From Epithemia pelagica (taxonomy: Eukaryota; Protista; Bacillariophyta): a stretch of DNA of 64,000 nt. Positions 21,808 through 33,342 of this stretch are shown piece after piece (position 1 is the stretch's first letter; each line of letters starts with the position of its first letter). A program made the position numbers and the translations under genes. The stretch spans positions 682,001 through 746,000 of the forward strand of contig OX337242.1 of NCBI GenBank assembly GCA_946965045.2. Direction: 5' to 3'. Under the pieces are notes generated by a model that saw nothing but the letters and a program-made list of their open reading frames with translations, did no database searches and was not told where the DNA came from.

Positions 21808-22208
21808 GGTCAGGCACACACTCTTGTTGTTTGGCAGGTAAGGTATTCGTATTTCGAATCTCGTTTCCCTCGTCTCTCGTCATTTTGTGTTTGGTTTGTG
21901 AGATGGATTTGTTCTTTGGCAGTGATTCAATCACCGAAGACGCACGAAAGACCATGGAGCATGGAGACAGATTGCATGGAAGTCGTTGCAGATGTTGTTG
22001 TCGACAGACACGGAATCTTCTGAAATGAAGCAAACGCTAACGGAGAGAGACCCCATCGCGCCCATCCGGGCATGCCGGCTGGCGCGATTGGGAGAACGGG
22101 AAACGGCCACATTTTGGTGCATTATCTGCTGCATCACCACAAACAACGAGCCACTGGAAATGGAATGCTTGGGTGGTCTTGCTGGAATCCTCAAACAGTA
22201 CTAATAGT

Positions 22209-24326
22209 ATGGGAAATGGGAATATCCGGACTCTTGCAAGGGTTAAGCCCTTTTTCAGGAATTCGAAATGTTCGAGACTTTTCCAATCAAGCTCTCGCCT
22301 CTGACGCGTCTTTCTGGCTCGTCTCTTTGTCCAAGCCTGTGTCCTGTCAGGCTGTGATTATGCACCCAGCCAACTAGCGGGCGTCGGTCTGGTCAATGCC
22401 TTTAAGCTCCTCGATCGAAAACGACACCGCAATCCCAATCGGCGCTTTTCCTACGCCTTGCAGCAGCACCACAAGACCACCAAACAGAAATCGTCATCCT
22501 CACGTCGCACTACTGCCACGACCAACCATTCCAGGGACCACCTCCTCACGTATGAACGTGTCTTGTCGCAGGCCGAAGCAGTCTTTTATCATCATCCCGT
22601 GTACAAAGACAAGCTCCGCCACGTAGCGTACCTCAACAGTATCGACCAAGATGGTACTGGTGGTACGGCTGCCATGGGACCCACACGTCGTCCTACGACT
22701 TCTACTGCTGTTGCATCCAAACCAAAAAATCCCCATTCCTTTTTTGTCTTAGCAGCACCGACTGTCACCTCACACAACCACAACGACAAGAACAACACGC
22801 ACAAGAAGCCCCGTCCCCCGGTTGAGGAGGTTGTCGTCATTGTCACAGAAGTCGGAAACGCAAACGCACCATCAAACAGCAAGCTCCCACAGTCCAGCGA
22901 CCAGTCCTCCAAACCAAAAATCCCTATCGAAAGAACCAACGAGATTGCGAACTTGTATCAGACTCACCGAGACGACAAGAGTCGTTAGTTCGGCCCAGAT
23001 CGTTTCACAAGCATGCGAACAATCCTTTTGAACAACATCGCCATTCGTACAACAATAATGACGATGACAATAAGGAAAATCGACCACCCTTGGGCAGTGC
23101 TATGGAATCCAGACCAAAGGCCCAACCCAGCAAGAATCCCCAGAAGAATGCTCGCCATTTTGGGGATGTTCGATTTGTCAAACCCAAGTTTGACCGAGAC
23201 GGAAAGTTGATGTATCCACCAAAAGTCTTGGAGGCGAAGCGTGCCTTTGAGGCAGCACGAAGGCAGCCACGAGAAACGACTGCTGGTACCACACTTTCAG
23301 GGCCACAACTGGATACACGACTTGTCCAAAAAGCTCCCATTTCGGCAGGCTCCACAGTTGGGGAACCAGACCACGGGTACAAGCCAAACGCTCTTGGCAA
23401 TGATTGCTCCAACGACGTGCCAGAGTTGCGAAATGATCAGGATTGTTTTCAAAATGAATTTGAACGAACGAGTGATACGGTCGTCAATAGTTTCGTCGCC
23501 GGTAGCGACCCGTACACTGGTTGGAACGCTGCACCACAGGACGGGGAGGATCCAAGCGACATGCTCCATGATGCAGAACAGAATGTCGTCGTTGAAGTCC
23601 TTCCATTTCCCCCTGTTCCCCGTGGCGGCGGCTCGCCAACCATGAATCAACCTCCAGAGTGGATGGAACCGAATGAGCAATCCGCTGTAATACCAACAAC
23701 AAGCATGACTTGCCCTTCCCGTGGTGGCTCCCCCATCATGAATCTACCTCCTGGGTTAATGGAACCCAATGATGAGCCGTTTCAAGAAAATCCGGGTTGC
23801 GATCATGGATCGCCACTTTCTGAAGTTGCAGAAGGCCTACATGAACATGATGTGTCCACGTTGAGCAAGTATTTCTCCACGGGCCGAAACGAAAACAGAG
23901 TAATGGCTCGGAGGGTAACGCTCGCAGAATCACCAAAGCCGTACCATGAGTCGCAACTGCTCGACGAACATGACGGTATTCAACGCGACCAACTTTGATA
24001 TGTACGATGATTTCTTTTCACCCAGAAAGAAACATGGTGAATGTTTCAATCGCCTGGAGAAGCAAATTAGTGTGGAGGAAATCGAAGATGATAGTCCTGA
24101 GCGGACCGCATTACAGGTTCCTCCGTCTTGCTTTGATATTGAGCCTCCAAAGTCCCAGAGTCGTATTGGGCCGGCAAAGACGGCTCGAGTTCGATTTGAA
24201 GCTGGGGGCGCTCGATCTCGTGGTGGTAGGGTTAGTAGACCTCTTTCACGACAACGCAAGTCGGCACCGAAGCAACCACCGAAGCAACTCAACACGCTCT
24301 TTTCATACTTTACTCCCGCCAAATAA
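22209..24326 (+). pseudogene. EXO1: EXO1 pseudogene, copy 3
   Basis: Same ~715-bp nuclease deletion as copy 2. Several frameshifts split it into ORFs 22458..22988, 23090..23998 and 23946..24326. Confidence 0.92.
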
Positions 24327-24765
24327 ATATAGATAACTGCATTTCATAATGTTATATTCTAGTCCTGCGGAGAAGGTATCACATTATTTATGAAAGGAAT
24401 GCCATGACAACAGGGCACCAAGTACCAACCTGTGAAGATGAGTAAAAGGAATCCAGGGAAGTGGAGAAGAACTGACGTGTTGTCTTTCAAGATTCCCCAG
24501 GATGTTGGATAGAGAGAGGACTTACTCTCGACTGGGTATGAGTGTCCCCATCCCATCTACTCATTGCCTACCTAGGTAGATTCGCGTTTAGGGTCAAACA
24601 TCTGCTCTTGCAAAGCGACTGAGGTGTTGTAGCAAGATTCTCCATGAGGTTGGATGACAGTGGATGTGGATAGAAAGTGGATTTACTCAAATGGGTATCA
24701 ATATCATCGTTGAGTCGTCCATCTACCCATTGCTTAGAGGCATCAACCGGTAGTTTCCAGTTCTA

Positions 24766-25196
24766 GTGTCTATTCTCCCGACGGTCCTCAGCTGAGGACA
24801 CGTATACCCCAGTACATTTTCCTACGCAACGGAAAATCACTCAATTTTCAAAGAGGTTTTCAAGCCTTGGGGTAAAAATTCTCTACAGGAAATCGAATAT
24901 GAGGAATTTTTTATATATTCAGTGTTCCAATCGGACAAACTTTTTAAAGAAAAATTTACCACCGATGTAGTTGATAACGGCGACCGGGTGCGAGTGGATG
25001 TAGATTAGTCCATCCGAAGTGGCTTGCTGGCGCGTGAGTTAGCGAGCGGGAAGTAGAACACTCCAAAATCTTTGGATAGAAAAACCTAAACTAGCCTCCA
25101 CACTCTTTGCTGTTTATCCAATTTGAAAAATTTATGTTCGAGATATGAATTTCTGGTAGACTTTCTACGTAGGAGACCCGGAGGTAGAATAGACAC
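24766..25196. mobile_element. Possible old MITE-like element (431 bp)
   Basis: 11-bp perfect inverted repeat GTGTCTATTCT (24766-24776) / AGAATAGACAC (25186-25196) with partial extension inward. AT-rich interior, in the unit-3-specific spacer. No TSD seen. Confidence 0.25.
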
Positions 25197-25788
25197 AGAG
25201 CCCAATAGTTTTGAGGGCACGTGCCACGGACGTGTTGCCACGCCACATCAGCATAATTTCACCGCGTCTTCCTCACATTTTCACATCTTTCGGACTTTCG
25301 GAATATTCGGAACAATGGGAATGGGGTAATCGAGAGAGCCATCACCATGCATCGACCTCCGGTTGCTCGCTCCAACAAATGGGTTAAGGACGAGGAAGAG
25401 TAGACGGGCAAATGCGAACCATGCAAACCCAGCATCCATTGAATTGAATGACTGGTGCGCGTCATGGTCCATTGATGGTTCGTGGATCCACTTTCGCACC
25501 TCTACATCATAACACGGACAATAACTGGTTTCCAGTCAACCGTGGAGCGCCAGTTATGGCATTGTGCTGGCTTCTACCTAGAACATGGCTCGGTTTCGCC
25601 ATTGAACCGAGCTCCGACTGATTGACACAGTTGGAGGATTCAAAGATTGAATGCAAAGAACAAACAAGGAAGCAACTTTATGTTCACATTACTTTTCAAC
25701 AGTGCCTCTCTGCATTCACATTCAACGGATGAAATACAGTTCTATCATGAAACATCCCCAAGTCTATCACTCGAGGCCACGGTGGTTC

Positions 25789-27180
25789 ATGAAGAATCTC
25801 AAGAGCTTCTGGTTGACACGCTTTCCTCTACTACATTCAATTCTGGCTGTTACCCTGTGGATGACACCAAGCAAGGCCTTTTTGGCATCTGATCGACGAC
25901 ACCCAACCTTTCGTGCCTTTATTCCAGGACATGTACGGTCCTACACCTCCGCACTGGTGACCCAGCACCCTCATCCAAACGAGTGGACTCACACGCCAAG
26001 ACATGAGGACAGTGCTTGGACGGTACCCTTTTCAAGAGACTTCTTCATGGCCCGATCCATGAATGGCTTTACCATGCCTCATCCTCGAGAGGTAGTGTCC
26101 CATGTGAGCCATCCCTTGGCCGCTGGAGCCGTGGCTGTTCAAACACTCTTTGCCCAGTCTGTTGTGGATAAGCTAGGCGATGCCTGGAGCTGTGCCATGG
26201 ATAGTTTTATTATGGTACCTCCTGATGCCGCCATGTTTCCTGCTGGAGTCCCCGTGAATGAAGTCATGATGGAATCCAAACTGCTCAATGATTTGAGTCA
26301 CTTTGCCTTGGATGTTGTGGCTCCGTTTTGTATGGCGCTCTCCGAGTCTGCCACGATGGAATTTCGAGGATGGACCGTCGTGGGTCAATTGTTCGCCACG
26401 GGGGCCTTTCAAGTGCAAAATGTCGCTGCCACAGCACCTGAACAATGGGTCATTCAACTCGTGGCGCTCTACGTGGCATATTCAAGCCTCTTCAAACACG
26501 TATCGCACATGGCGGCCAGTCACTTCTTTTCTCAGGGTTGCACCGTGTCCACTTCGGCCAAGAATTATCGAGCTTTTAAATTACTGTTTGAACCCTGTGG
26601 CATGAGTATGCACCAGTACAATACGCTCTCCTCCTTTGCAATGGATTGGGTTTCTTTGGAAGAAGGCCAAGTCATTGAAACATCGCCCGAGTCGCTCTTT
26701 TGGTTGTACAAGGGAAGTGTCCAAGTACACAATCAACTGTCCAAGTCGTCGTACAATGTGAAATCCAACGCCATTACACGAAAGTGGACGGGCAATGATC
26801 TGCACGCTGGACTATTGGGAGATTTGGACATGTTGCGAGAATTGGACTTGTCCTCCTCATCGTCCTCTCATTCCCTGCTCGATGGAACCATGACGGAGTC
26901 GCTCGTGTCAGGAATTTTGAATCGATTGAGTTTTCTGGGATGTATGCAGTCGGAGGATGAGGATCAAGAATGTATCTTGTTTCACGATGACAGTGATGCC
27001 TCCATGGGTGAAACGTGGACTGTGGGTCCGGGTGGGGCCACGGTTCTACGGCTCGACACACAAGCGGCTCTTTCCTTACTAAAGGACTATGACGAGTCTC
27101 TAGAAAAGCCTCTTCGCAGTATCCTCATGAAAGGAATTCAGTCCAAGCTGGGACGTGCCTTTGCCCAAGCTTCTTTGTAA
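25789..27180 (+). CDS. Popeye-like/cNMP-binding-fold protein, copy 3
   Basis: Intact ORF (track 25651..27180). The ATG at 25789 (MKNLKSFW...PSKA|F) gives a normal-length signal peptide with +1 Phe. Confidence 0.7.
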   Translation: MKNLKSFWLTRFPLLHSILAVTLWMTPSKAFLASDRRHPTFRAFIPGHVRSYTSALVTQHPHPNEWTHTPRHEDSAWTVPFSRDFFMARSMNGFTMPHPREVVSHVSHPLAAGAVAVQTLFAQSVVDKLGDAWSCAMDSFIMVPPDAAMFPAGVPVNEVMMESKLLNDLSHFALDVVAPFCMALSESATMEFRGWTVVGQLFATGAFQVQNVAATAPEQWVIQLVALYVAYSSLFKHVSHMAASHFFSQGCTVSTSAKNYRAFKLLFEPCGMSMHQYNTLSSFAMDWVSLEEGQVIETSPESLFWLYKGSVQVHNQLSKSSYNVKSNAITRKWTGNDLHAGLLGDLDMLRELDLSSSSSSHSLLDGTMTESLVSGILNRLSFLGCMQSEDEDQECILFHDDSDASMGETWTVGPGGATVLRLDTQAALSLLKDYDESLEKPLRSILMKGIQSKLGRAFAQASL

Positions 27181-27798
27181 ATTGTCCATCGTTTGTGTGT
27201 TTCCTTTTTTGAGTTTTGTTTTCGTATGTTTGCAAATTATAGAAAATAAAAATACTCTGATTAGATCTAGAAAATCAAATGTGCATCTCCTTTTCCATTT
27301 ATCTCGTCACGAGAGCTGGGACTAACAAGACAGGCCTCTATAGGATCTAGGTTGCAAATCTCTGCTGGGAGAGGAAAGGGTATGGGATTGGTGCTTGCTA
27401 TAAAACGTTATCACGAAACCCTGTGTGCAGTTCTCGAGTGACATGATCACAGCAGCAGAAGGCTCCGAAAGAGAGGCATTGCCCTGGGTCACGAGACATG
27501 ACGACGACTACTAAGGCTCGGCTGCGGCTGCAACACGAATGCACACAACGGCGAAGAAGGAGACGGACCTTCTGTCACATGCTGCTGCATGAGAATACGA
27601 TAGCAGCTCGGGTCCAAACACGTTCGATGTATGTTCTACATCCTTTCTCCACCACTGTCCACATATAGTGGCTCTATTGTTCTTCCTGGGCCAAAGGTTC
27701 AGTTCAAGGTTTGGCCATCTGTGTCCTTGTTTCGATCCTCATGGTTGGTAGTCCCTAGTGACATGTTCGGCACTGCCATGAGGGGAAGTGCGTTCTTT

Positions 27799-28951
27799 CT
27801 AGGCTGCCGGTGCAGCGGTGGGATTGGCATCCACGGAAAATACCAATTGTTCATAAAAGAATGCATAATCATCCCCTCGAATCTTACTCAAATCGGTATT
27901 GAGAAGGACCAACAAGAGCTTTTCTCGACACAGTGCTGTAGGAATGGAAAAAAGGAAATTGTCCATGGGGTATGTGTGTGAGTAAACAAGCGACGGCGGT
28001 TCTTGTACAATTTCAAAAAAGAAACAAACAAAGGGATGGAAACGTACCAAATTGGTCCCGTTGATAAAAGGAGCCATTCAATTCTCCCAAATTGTTAAAG
28101 AGTGCCATCAACAAGGTATCGTATTCTTGATTGTAAAAGCCATGAATGGTGTTTTCTTCCGTGAGAAAGAGAGAAAAACGGTACAATTCATGGGCCAAAA
28201 AGCAATCCGCGGCCGTCACGGCTCGACGATGAATCAACAAACCCAGGTTGTAGAGTAACACGGGGGCAATGTGTTTGTATGCCACCTCCCTTTCATGTTG
28301 ACTGTTCCGTTGTGGATTGTGTTGTCCAGTTCCAAAGACAAAGGCGCGTTCATAGGCTGTAAAGCCAGTGAATGGAATACGACGATCTGAGAGCAGTGTT
28401 TCACTGCTTGTCCTTTGTTCAGAATGATCCTCTCGCTCTTCAACAGGATCAATGGAATGGAGCGCTCCCGTTTCATCATCGCAAGAGTAAGCTACGGAGG
28501 ATGGAAGGAACCACCAATTCCATGGTTCCTTGTTGCTGCATGCAAAACTTCCATGTGTTGCTAGTTTGGACTTGAGGCGAGTGGCGATTTCTGGATTTTG
28601 AGCAAACAAAGTGTGAACATGGACTCCGCACACGGACAGTCCTTGCTGAAACAATACGAGTGCTTCATCTTCTCGTTCGTCCAACATGCAAGCTACACCG
28701 ACCGCATTCATATGGACAAGGGCTGCCGAGAGTGTTGCGAGAACACTACTAGAACTAGTAGTACTCAAAGGACAACCCGAGGAACAGCTAGTGTTCAAGA
28801 CACTCTCGTGACTACTATTCGTAGTCAGAGATGGAGTCGAGGGGGGTGGTGAAGAATCGGCGTACGATGCCGATGAAATGAGATGAATAGAGCGTTTCTC
28901 TCCGGTAGTCGTAGATTGGATTGGAAAATCTATAGGTTGCTGCTTCACCAT
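27799..28951 (-). CDS. Diatom-type TPR-like hypothetical protein
   Basis: ATG at 28951; intron 28047-27936 (GTACGT...TACAG, 112 bp). Motifs MNAVGV, LLYNLGLLIH, LMALFNNLG and the C-terminal APAA*, typical of an expanded diatom family. Confidence 0.75.
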
Positions 28952-29005
28952 TGTGGGGGCGATGAAATCTATTGGCTCAGTACGATTGCGCCGTGTTGGT
29001 GATCT

Positions 29006-29007
<2 letters not shown>

Positions 29008-29075
<68 letters not shown>
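29008..29075. repeat. (AG)34 microsatellite
   Basis: Uninterrupted dinucleotide run 57 bp upstream of the 28951 ATG. Confidence 0.98.
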
Positions 29076-29077
<2 letters not shown>

Positions 29078-30261
29078 GCAGCTGAAAGAACAAGCTGTTC
29101 TTGTTGGATGTTTAGTTCTTTTGATAAAAACTATGACCGCTGTCAATGTGTTGCTCTCAATCCGGGATCCAGGCCAGTCGATAACTTCTCCTTTTGTTTG
29201 GGAGGTCAAAAGTCATCTCTCGCTTGTTTTCGAGCAGAGAGATCCAAAAGATTGACATGAATCATCCTCCTTCTTGCGGTAGGGCACTCGTTGCTTCTCT
29301 TTCTGATCGATGAATGTTCTTTTCCACACCATTGATATTCAAGCGACTGTTCTCCGCAACTTCCATGGAACAACCGGGACGTGATAGTGAGTCGGAAGGA
29401 AGTTTTCCTTTCGCAAGGGGTTCCGTAGAAGAGAATCCGATGGATACTAAACTGCTGGAGAGTGAGGATAGCTCCCAACTTTATTACGGATATCTTTTAC
29501 AACCGATCTCTCTGTATCAAGGAAAGCCCCTTCCAGTTTGGAATCGGACCTTTCCGCAAGGCCTGCCTACCTCATCCGTGTTCGCACAATGTTTCCCTAG
29601 TTCCTAACTTGGGTCCTTCTCAAGGCCATTGCCGCTTGCCACTATTAGGAACCTAGGAGTAGGACTAAGCCTTTTGTGATACTCCATCGCCATTTGCAAT
29701 CGTGGTTGCGATTTCGTGTGCACCTTTTGTGTTCGATAAAGCGATGATCTCTACCAAGGTACTCGTAGAGTCTGTGAACTATGGTTTGTTATCATGCGTC
29801 CACCCGTACAGCCTTGGCAATAAGGCTTGTTATTATCATGCTCTGTTCCTCCACCAGTTCATTACCGTCAAAATATGCAATCACACCATTCACCAAAGTT
29901 GTCTCCAGAGACGCCTTCCTCCATAGAAATTCCTTGGCGAGTCGTCCATGGGGATGCACTCTTCTCGCCATCGCTCACTCGTGGAACAACAAGTAAATTT
30001 GGTCACTGCATATACATAGAGTCCACAAGTTTCTAGGGTCGTGGCTGCGGTAGGAGTACTTGTCATTGACACGCTTGTCCCAAACATGTTGAAAACCAAA
30101 TTGTCAACACCAATGAACTCGTGCGGGCGGATAAGTCTCCTTCAACTCTGTAGATCCTATCGAAAGCTCCGATTCTGTTCAGAGACACACGCTCTTTGCT
30201 TTTCGTTATCGAAAACCGCCGCTCATCATAGTTAGTCTGATCTCTCCCGACAACCAAAGTC

Positions 30262-31476
30262 CTAGGAACTCTTGTCTGTTTCCGTTTGGTACAGTCGTTG
30301 GACATGGGTTTGAAATTCATTGACAGCCGTGTCCAAATCATGATTGATAATGACAGCATCCCACTTGTTGTCCTCTGGGTTATTGGTATTGAGACCATAG
30401 TCTAGCTCGGCTGCCGCATTTTGCAATCGTTGTCGTACTTGGGCTTCCTCTTCGGTTCCTCGATTCCGCAATCGTGCTTCCAAGACTTGCATGGAGGGCG
30501 GAGCAATAAAAATAAACTTGGGTTGCAAGAGAATCTTGTCCTCATTATCATCATCATCATTCGTAGAAGAAGAAGAGGATGGAATGGTGAGAATCCCATC
30601 GTTTTCTTGTTGTTGCTGTTCTCGCAACGCGTGGAGTCGCTTGACACCCTGAACGTCAATGTCCAACAAACACTTTTGCCCCTTGGCTTGGACTTGCAAA
30701 ATCGCTTGCCAACTGGTACCGTAGTAATTCCCATGAACCTTGGCCCATTCTAGAAAATAACCCGTGGTATCGGTTTCTTCCCGTTGTGTGGATGCTTCGT
30801 CAGTCGACGACGACGATCCAAAGAGGAGATGTTCCATTTCGGAAACCGAAAGGAAATGATACTGGACACCATGAACTTCTCCAGGTCGAGGTTTTCGAGT
30901 CGTGTGCGAAACACTAAAGCCAAACGACGGTGTTGTTGGTGTCTCGTCCTGCTCTTGCAAAAATCGTTGAATAATGGTGCCCTTGCCAACACCCGAAGGT
31001 CCACAGACTACCAAAGGATCCAAGACGATGGCTGCGTCCTTGGTGTTGCGCTCCTGTGTTGTATGCATCGGCCGTGTCGACCCTGTTGTATGGTTCCTCA
31101 AGAATGACGTGGACGACGACGACGACAAGGCTGTGGCTTTTCGGAAACTGGTCTGCGCCCGACGCTCAAGGCCCATATTGGTGTTTCTTGTAGTTCTCAT
31201 CCACGTCGTTGTAGGTGCCATTGTGGTTCTCCCTTGTCCAACAAAAGGACGGTTTCCGACTGCAGTAGTGGACTGTGTCACCCACGACGTCATGGCTCTA
31301 CCAAACGCATGAGGATGTGGTAGCAGTCGTCCATAATAGTTCTGCTTCTGGATCATGTGCTGAAACGCAACGGCGCCATCCAACGACAAGGAACACACCA
31401 TGATGATGAGGATGGTCAATAGTAGACGATGATGAAACTGGAACAAGAATGGTACCACAGCATCCACGTTGGACAT
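30262..31476 (-). CDS. GMK: Guanylate kinase, probably plastid-targeted
   Basis: GPSGVGKGT P-loop, SVSHTTRKPRPGE, VHGNYYGT, LDIDVQG, FIAPPS. Signal peptide ...DGAVA|F followed by a Thr/Arg-rich transit peptide. Confidence 0.95.
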   Translation of the reverse strand: MSNVDAVVPFLFQFHHRLLLTILIIMVCSLSLDGAVAFQHMIQKQNYYGRLLPHPHAFGRAMTSWVTQSTTAVGNRPFVGQGRTTMAPTTTWMRTTRNTNMGLERRAQTSFRKATALSSSSSTSFLRNHTTGSTRPMHTTQERNTKDAAIVLDPLVVCGPSGVGKGTIIQRFLQEQDETPTTPSFGFSVSHTTRKPRPGEVHGVQYHFLSVSEMEHLLFGSSSSTDEASTQREETDTTGYFLEWAKVHGNYYGTSWQAILQVQAKGQKCLLDIDVQGVKRLHALREQQQQENDGILTIPSSSSSTNDDDDNEDKILLQPKFIFIAPPSMQVLEARLRNRGTEEEAQVRQRLQNAAAELDYGLNTNNPEDNKWDAVIINHDLDTAVNEFQTHVQRLYQTETDKSS

Positions 31477-31740
31477 AGTTGCAACCCTCTATTTCTATTT
31501 TGTGTGGTCAGGGTAAAAACTGCCAACACAGAAAAAAGGCTTCGGCAATTTTCTCCATGTCGCACACATCACGAAAAGCTATGTGTGCCGTTGATAGCAG
31601 TATGGGTAGCCAACGTCTCTAGCTGTAGAAACCTCTATTCTAGAAAACAAAATATGGTAAAGGTAAGGGAACATCGAGGACGACCAACAACCTTTGTCAC
31701 TGCATACAAAATCTTTAGAAACGGCTAAAACATAACTTTT

Positions 31741-32950
31741 CTACGGATCCGATGGCTTATTGGTGGTGGGTGACCGCCGCCGATCGGGTCCTACATTGGA
31801 ATCGTGGTTTCCCATTTCCAAGGATCGACGATAACAGGCCCACATGGCATCTTTAATGACAGTCCGAAACTTGCCATTTTCCAATTCGTACAAGGCCGAC
31901 GCTGTGGTCCCCGAAGGACTGGTCACACGGTTACGCAAAATGGCGGGATGCTCCTTGCTTTCAATGGCATACAAGGTCGAGCCAAGCATGGTATGGTACA
32001 CCAAAGTCGTGGCTTGATTCCGTGGAAAGCCCATGTGTACCCCTTTACGGTCAAGAAACAACAGGTAGGCAAAGTCAGTGAGCTATCAGGCTTCGCATCG
32101 CCTGCTTGTTGAGAGAAATCACGTTACCTGCGTCGATCATGGCTTCCATGAGCATAAAAATATATGCAGGGCCAGATCCTGAGATGCTTGTTGACATGTC
32201 AATAAAGGCTTCATCGTCTACATACATCTAGAGGTAGTTGAATCCATTGACAATATTGAGAAACGAGAACATTCATCATGTGGGTTGTCGTTGCTCACGA
32301 TCAGAGCGGGTACTCACTGTTTCGCCAAAACTCCCCAAAAGTTCCCCTGCCATGTGACGATCTTCTGTGGAGAGATTCGATGTACAACTCCACACCGTCA
32401 TTCCACTGCCAATTGTGGCAGGAGTATTTGGCATGCTGCGAACCACCTTGCCGATTCCTCCTTCTTCCAATACTGATATGGGGGTACCAGCAATCACCGA
32501 CAGTACAATCGCATCCGACTTTGGACGAGCTTGTTTCATTTGTTCAAAAAAGCTGGACGTCAAGTTCTGCGGTTTCACGGCCAGTAACACTAAGTTTGAA
32601 TCCTCCATACAGTCTGGAATGGATTGAGAAATGGGTATTCCATAGCTCTCATGCATTCGTTCCATGGCAGTTTCCGACACATCAAAGACGGACATTTGGT
32701 TGGCTGGTTGCATACCAGACGCTACCAACGGTTCCACCATGGCACTTGCCATGGTCCCTGCTCCAATGACCGACATTTTGTTCACAAGTGGACTTGTCGT
32801 TTTCGTTTCAGTTGCTTGGATGGTGCTGGTGTGAGAGTAGAGACGGTACGCCCGTGTCATGCGCACAGGTTGTCCTGGAAGGCCACAGCGACGGACCAAC
32901 GAGACCCATCCTCTTCTTGAAATTGCGAAGGATGATGGGGACCTAATCAT
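31741..32950 (-). CDS. proC: Pyrroline-5-carboxylate reductase, Arg-rich mitochondrial-type presequence
   Basis: IGAGTMA, LAVKPQ, RSMPNTP, SGSGPAY, VTSPSGTT. Introns 32317-32228 (90 bp) and 32127-32043 (85 bp) restore the frame. Confidence 0.95.
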
Positions 32951-33342
32951 GGTCGATCACGTATCACACAGACGCTCTTCTCACGTCTATCTAGTGGCTC
33001 GTTCTCTGTCGTCTTGATACCCCGAATGAGAAGACAACGGACGATCTTGAGATCCTTTTTGATGTCTCTGACTGCGGGAACCGCGACCCAAAAATGTCCC
33101 TGACGCGAGCATTGCCCACCAGAAAGCATGGCATGCTCTGATACTTAACAGGGTAGAATCTATACAAAGTGACGGCGCGCCCGACGGTCTTCATGCGCTC
33201 ACCAAATCTCCTCGTGTTAGGAAGGATTCTGGTGTTGCACAAATGAATGGGACAATTGTGATCGTTTCTCGTTGTGAGAAGCTATTTGTTGAGGTGTCCT
33301 GCACTCTACCGAGTTTTCTGCACCATTCTGAATCAGGATACC

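Larger units (their letters stand above)
21178..27290. repeat. Tandem segmental duplication, unit 3
   Basis: Collinear with units 1 and 2 except for an unrelated spacer segment at ~24.66-25.37 kb. Homology to the unit-1 3' flank ends at ~27290. Confidence 0.9.

Noticed and set aside
28952-29209. N-terminal extension of track ORF 28013..29209 (SLSLSL...)
   Set aside because: It starts at TTG and is kept open by the (AG)n microsatellite; the ATG at 28951 is the plausible start.
29314-30240. Several 60-100-aa ORFs between the TPR-like gene and guanylate kinase
   Set aside because: Lengths are consistent with chance and there are no motifs.
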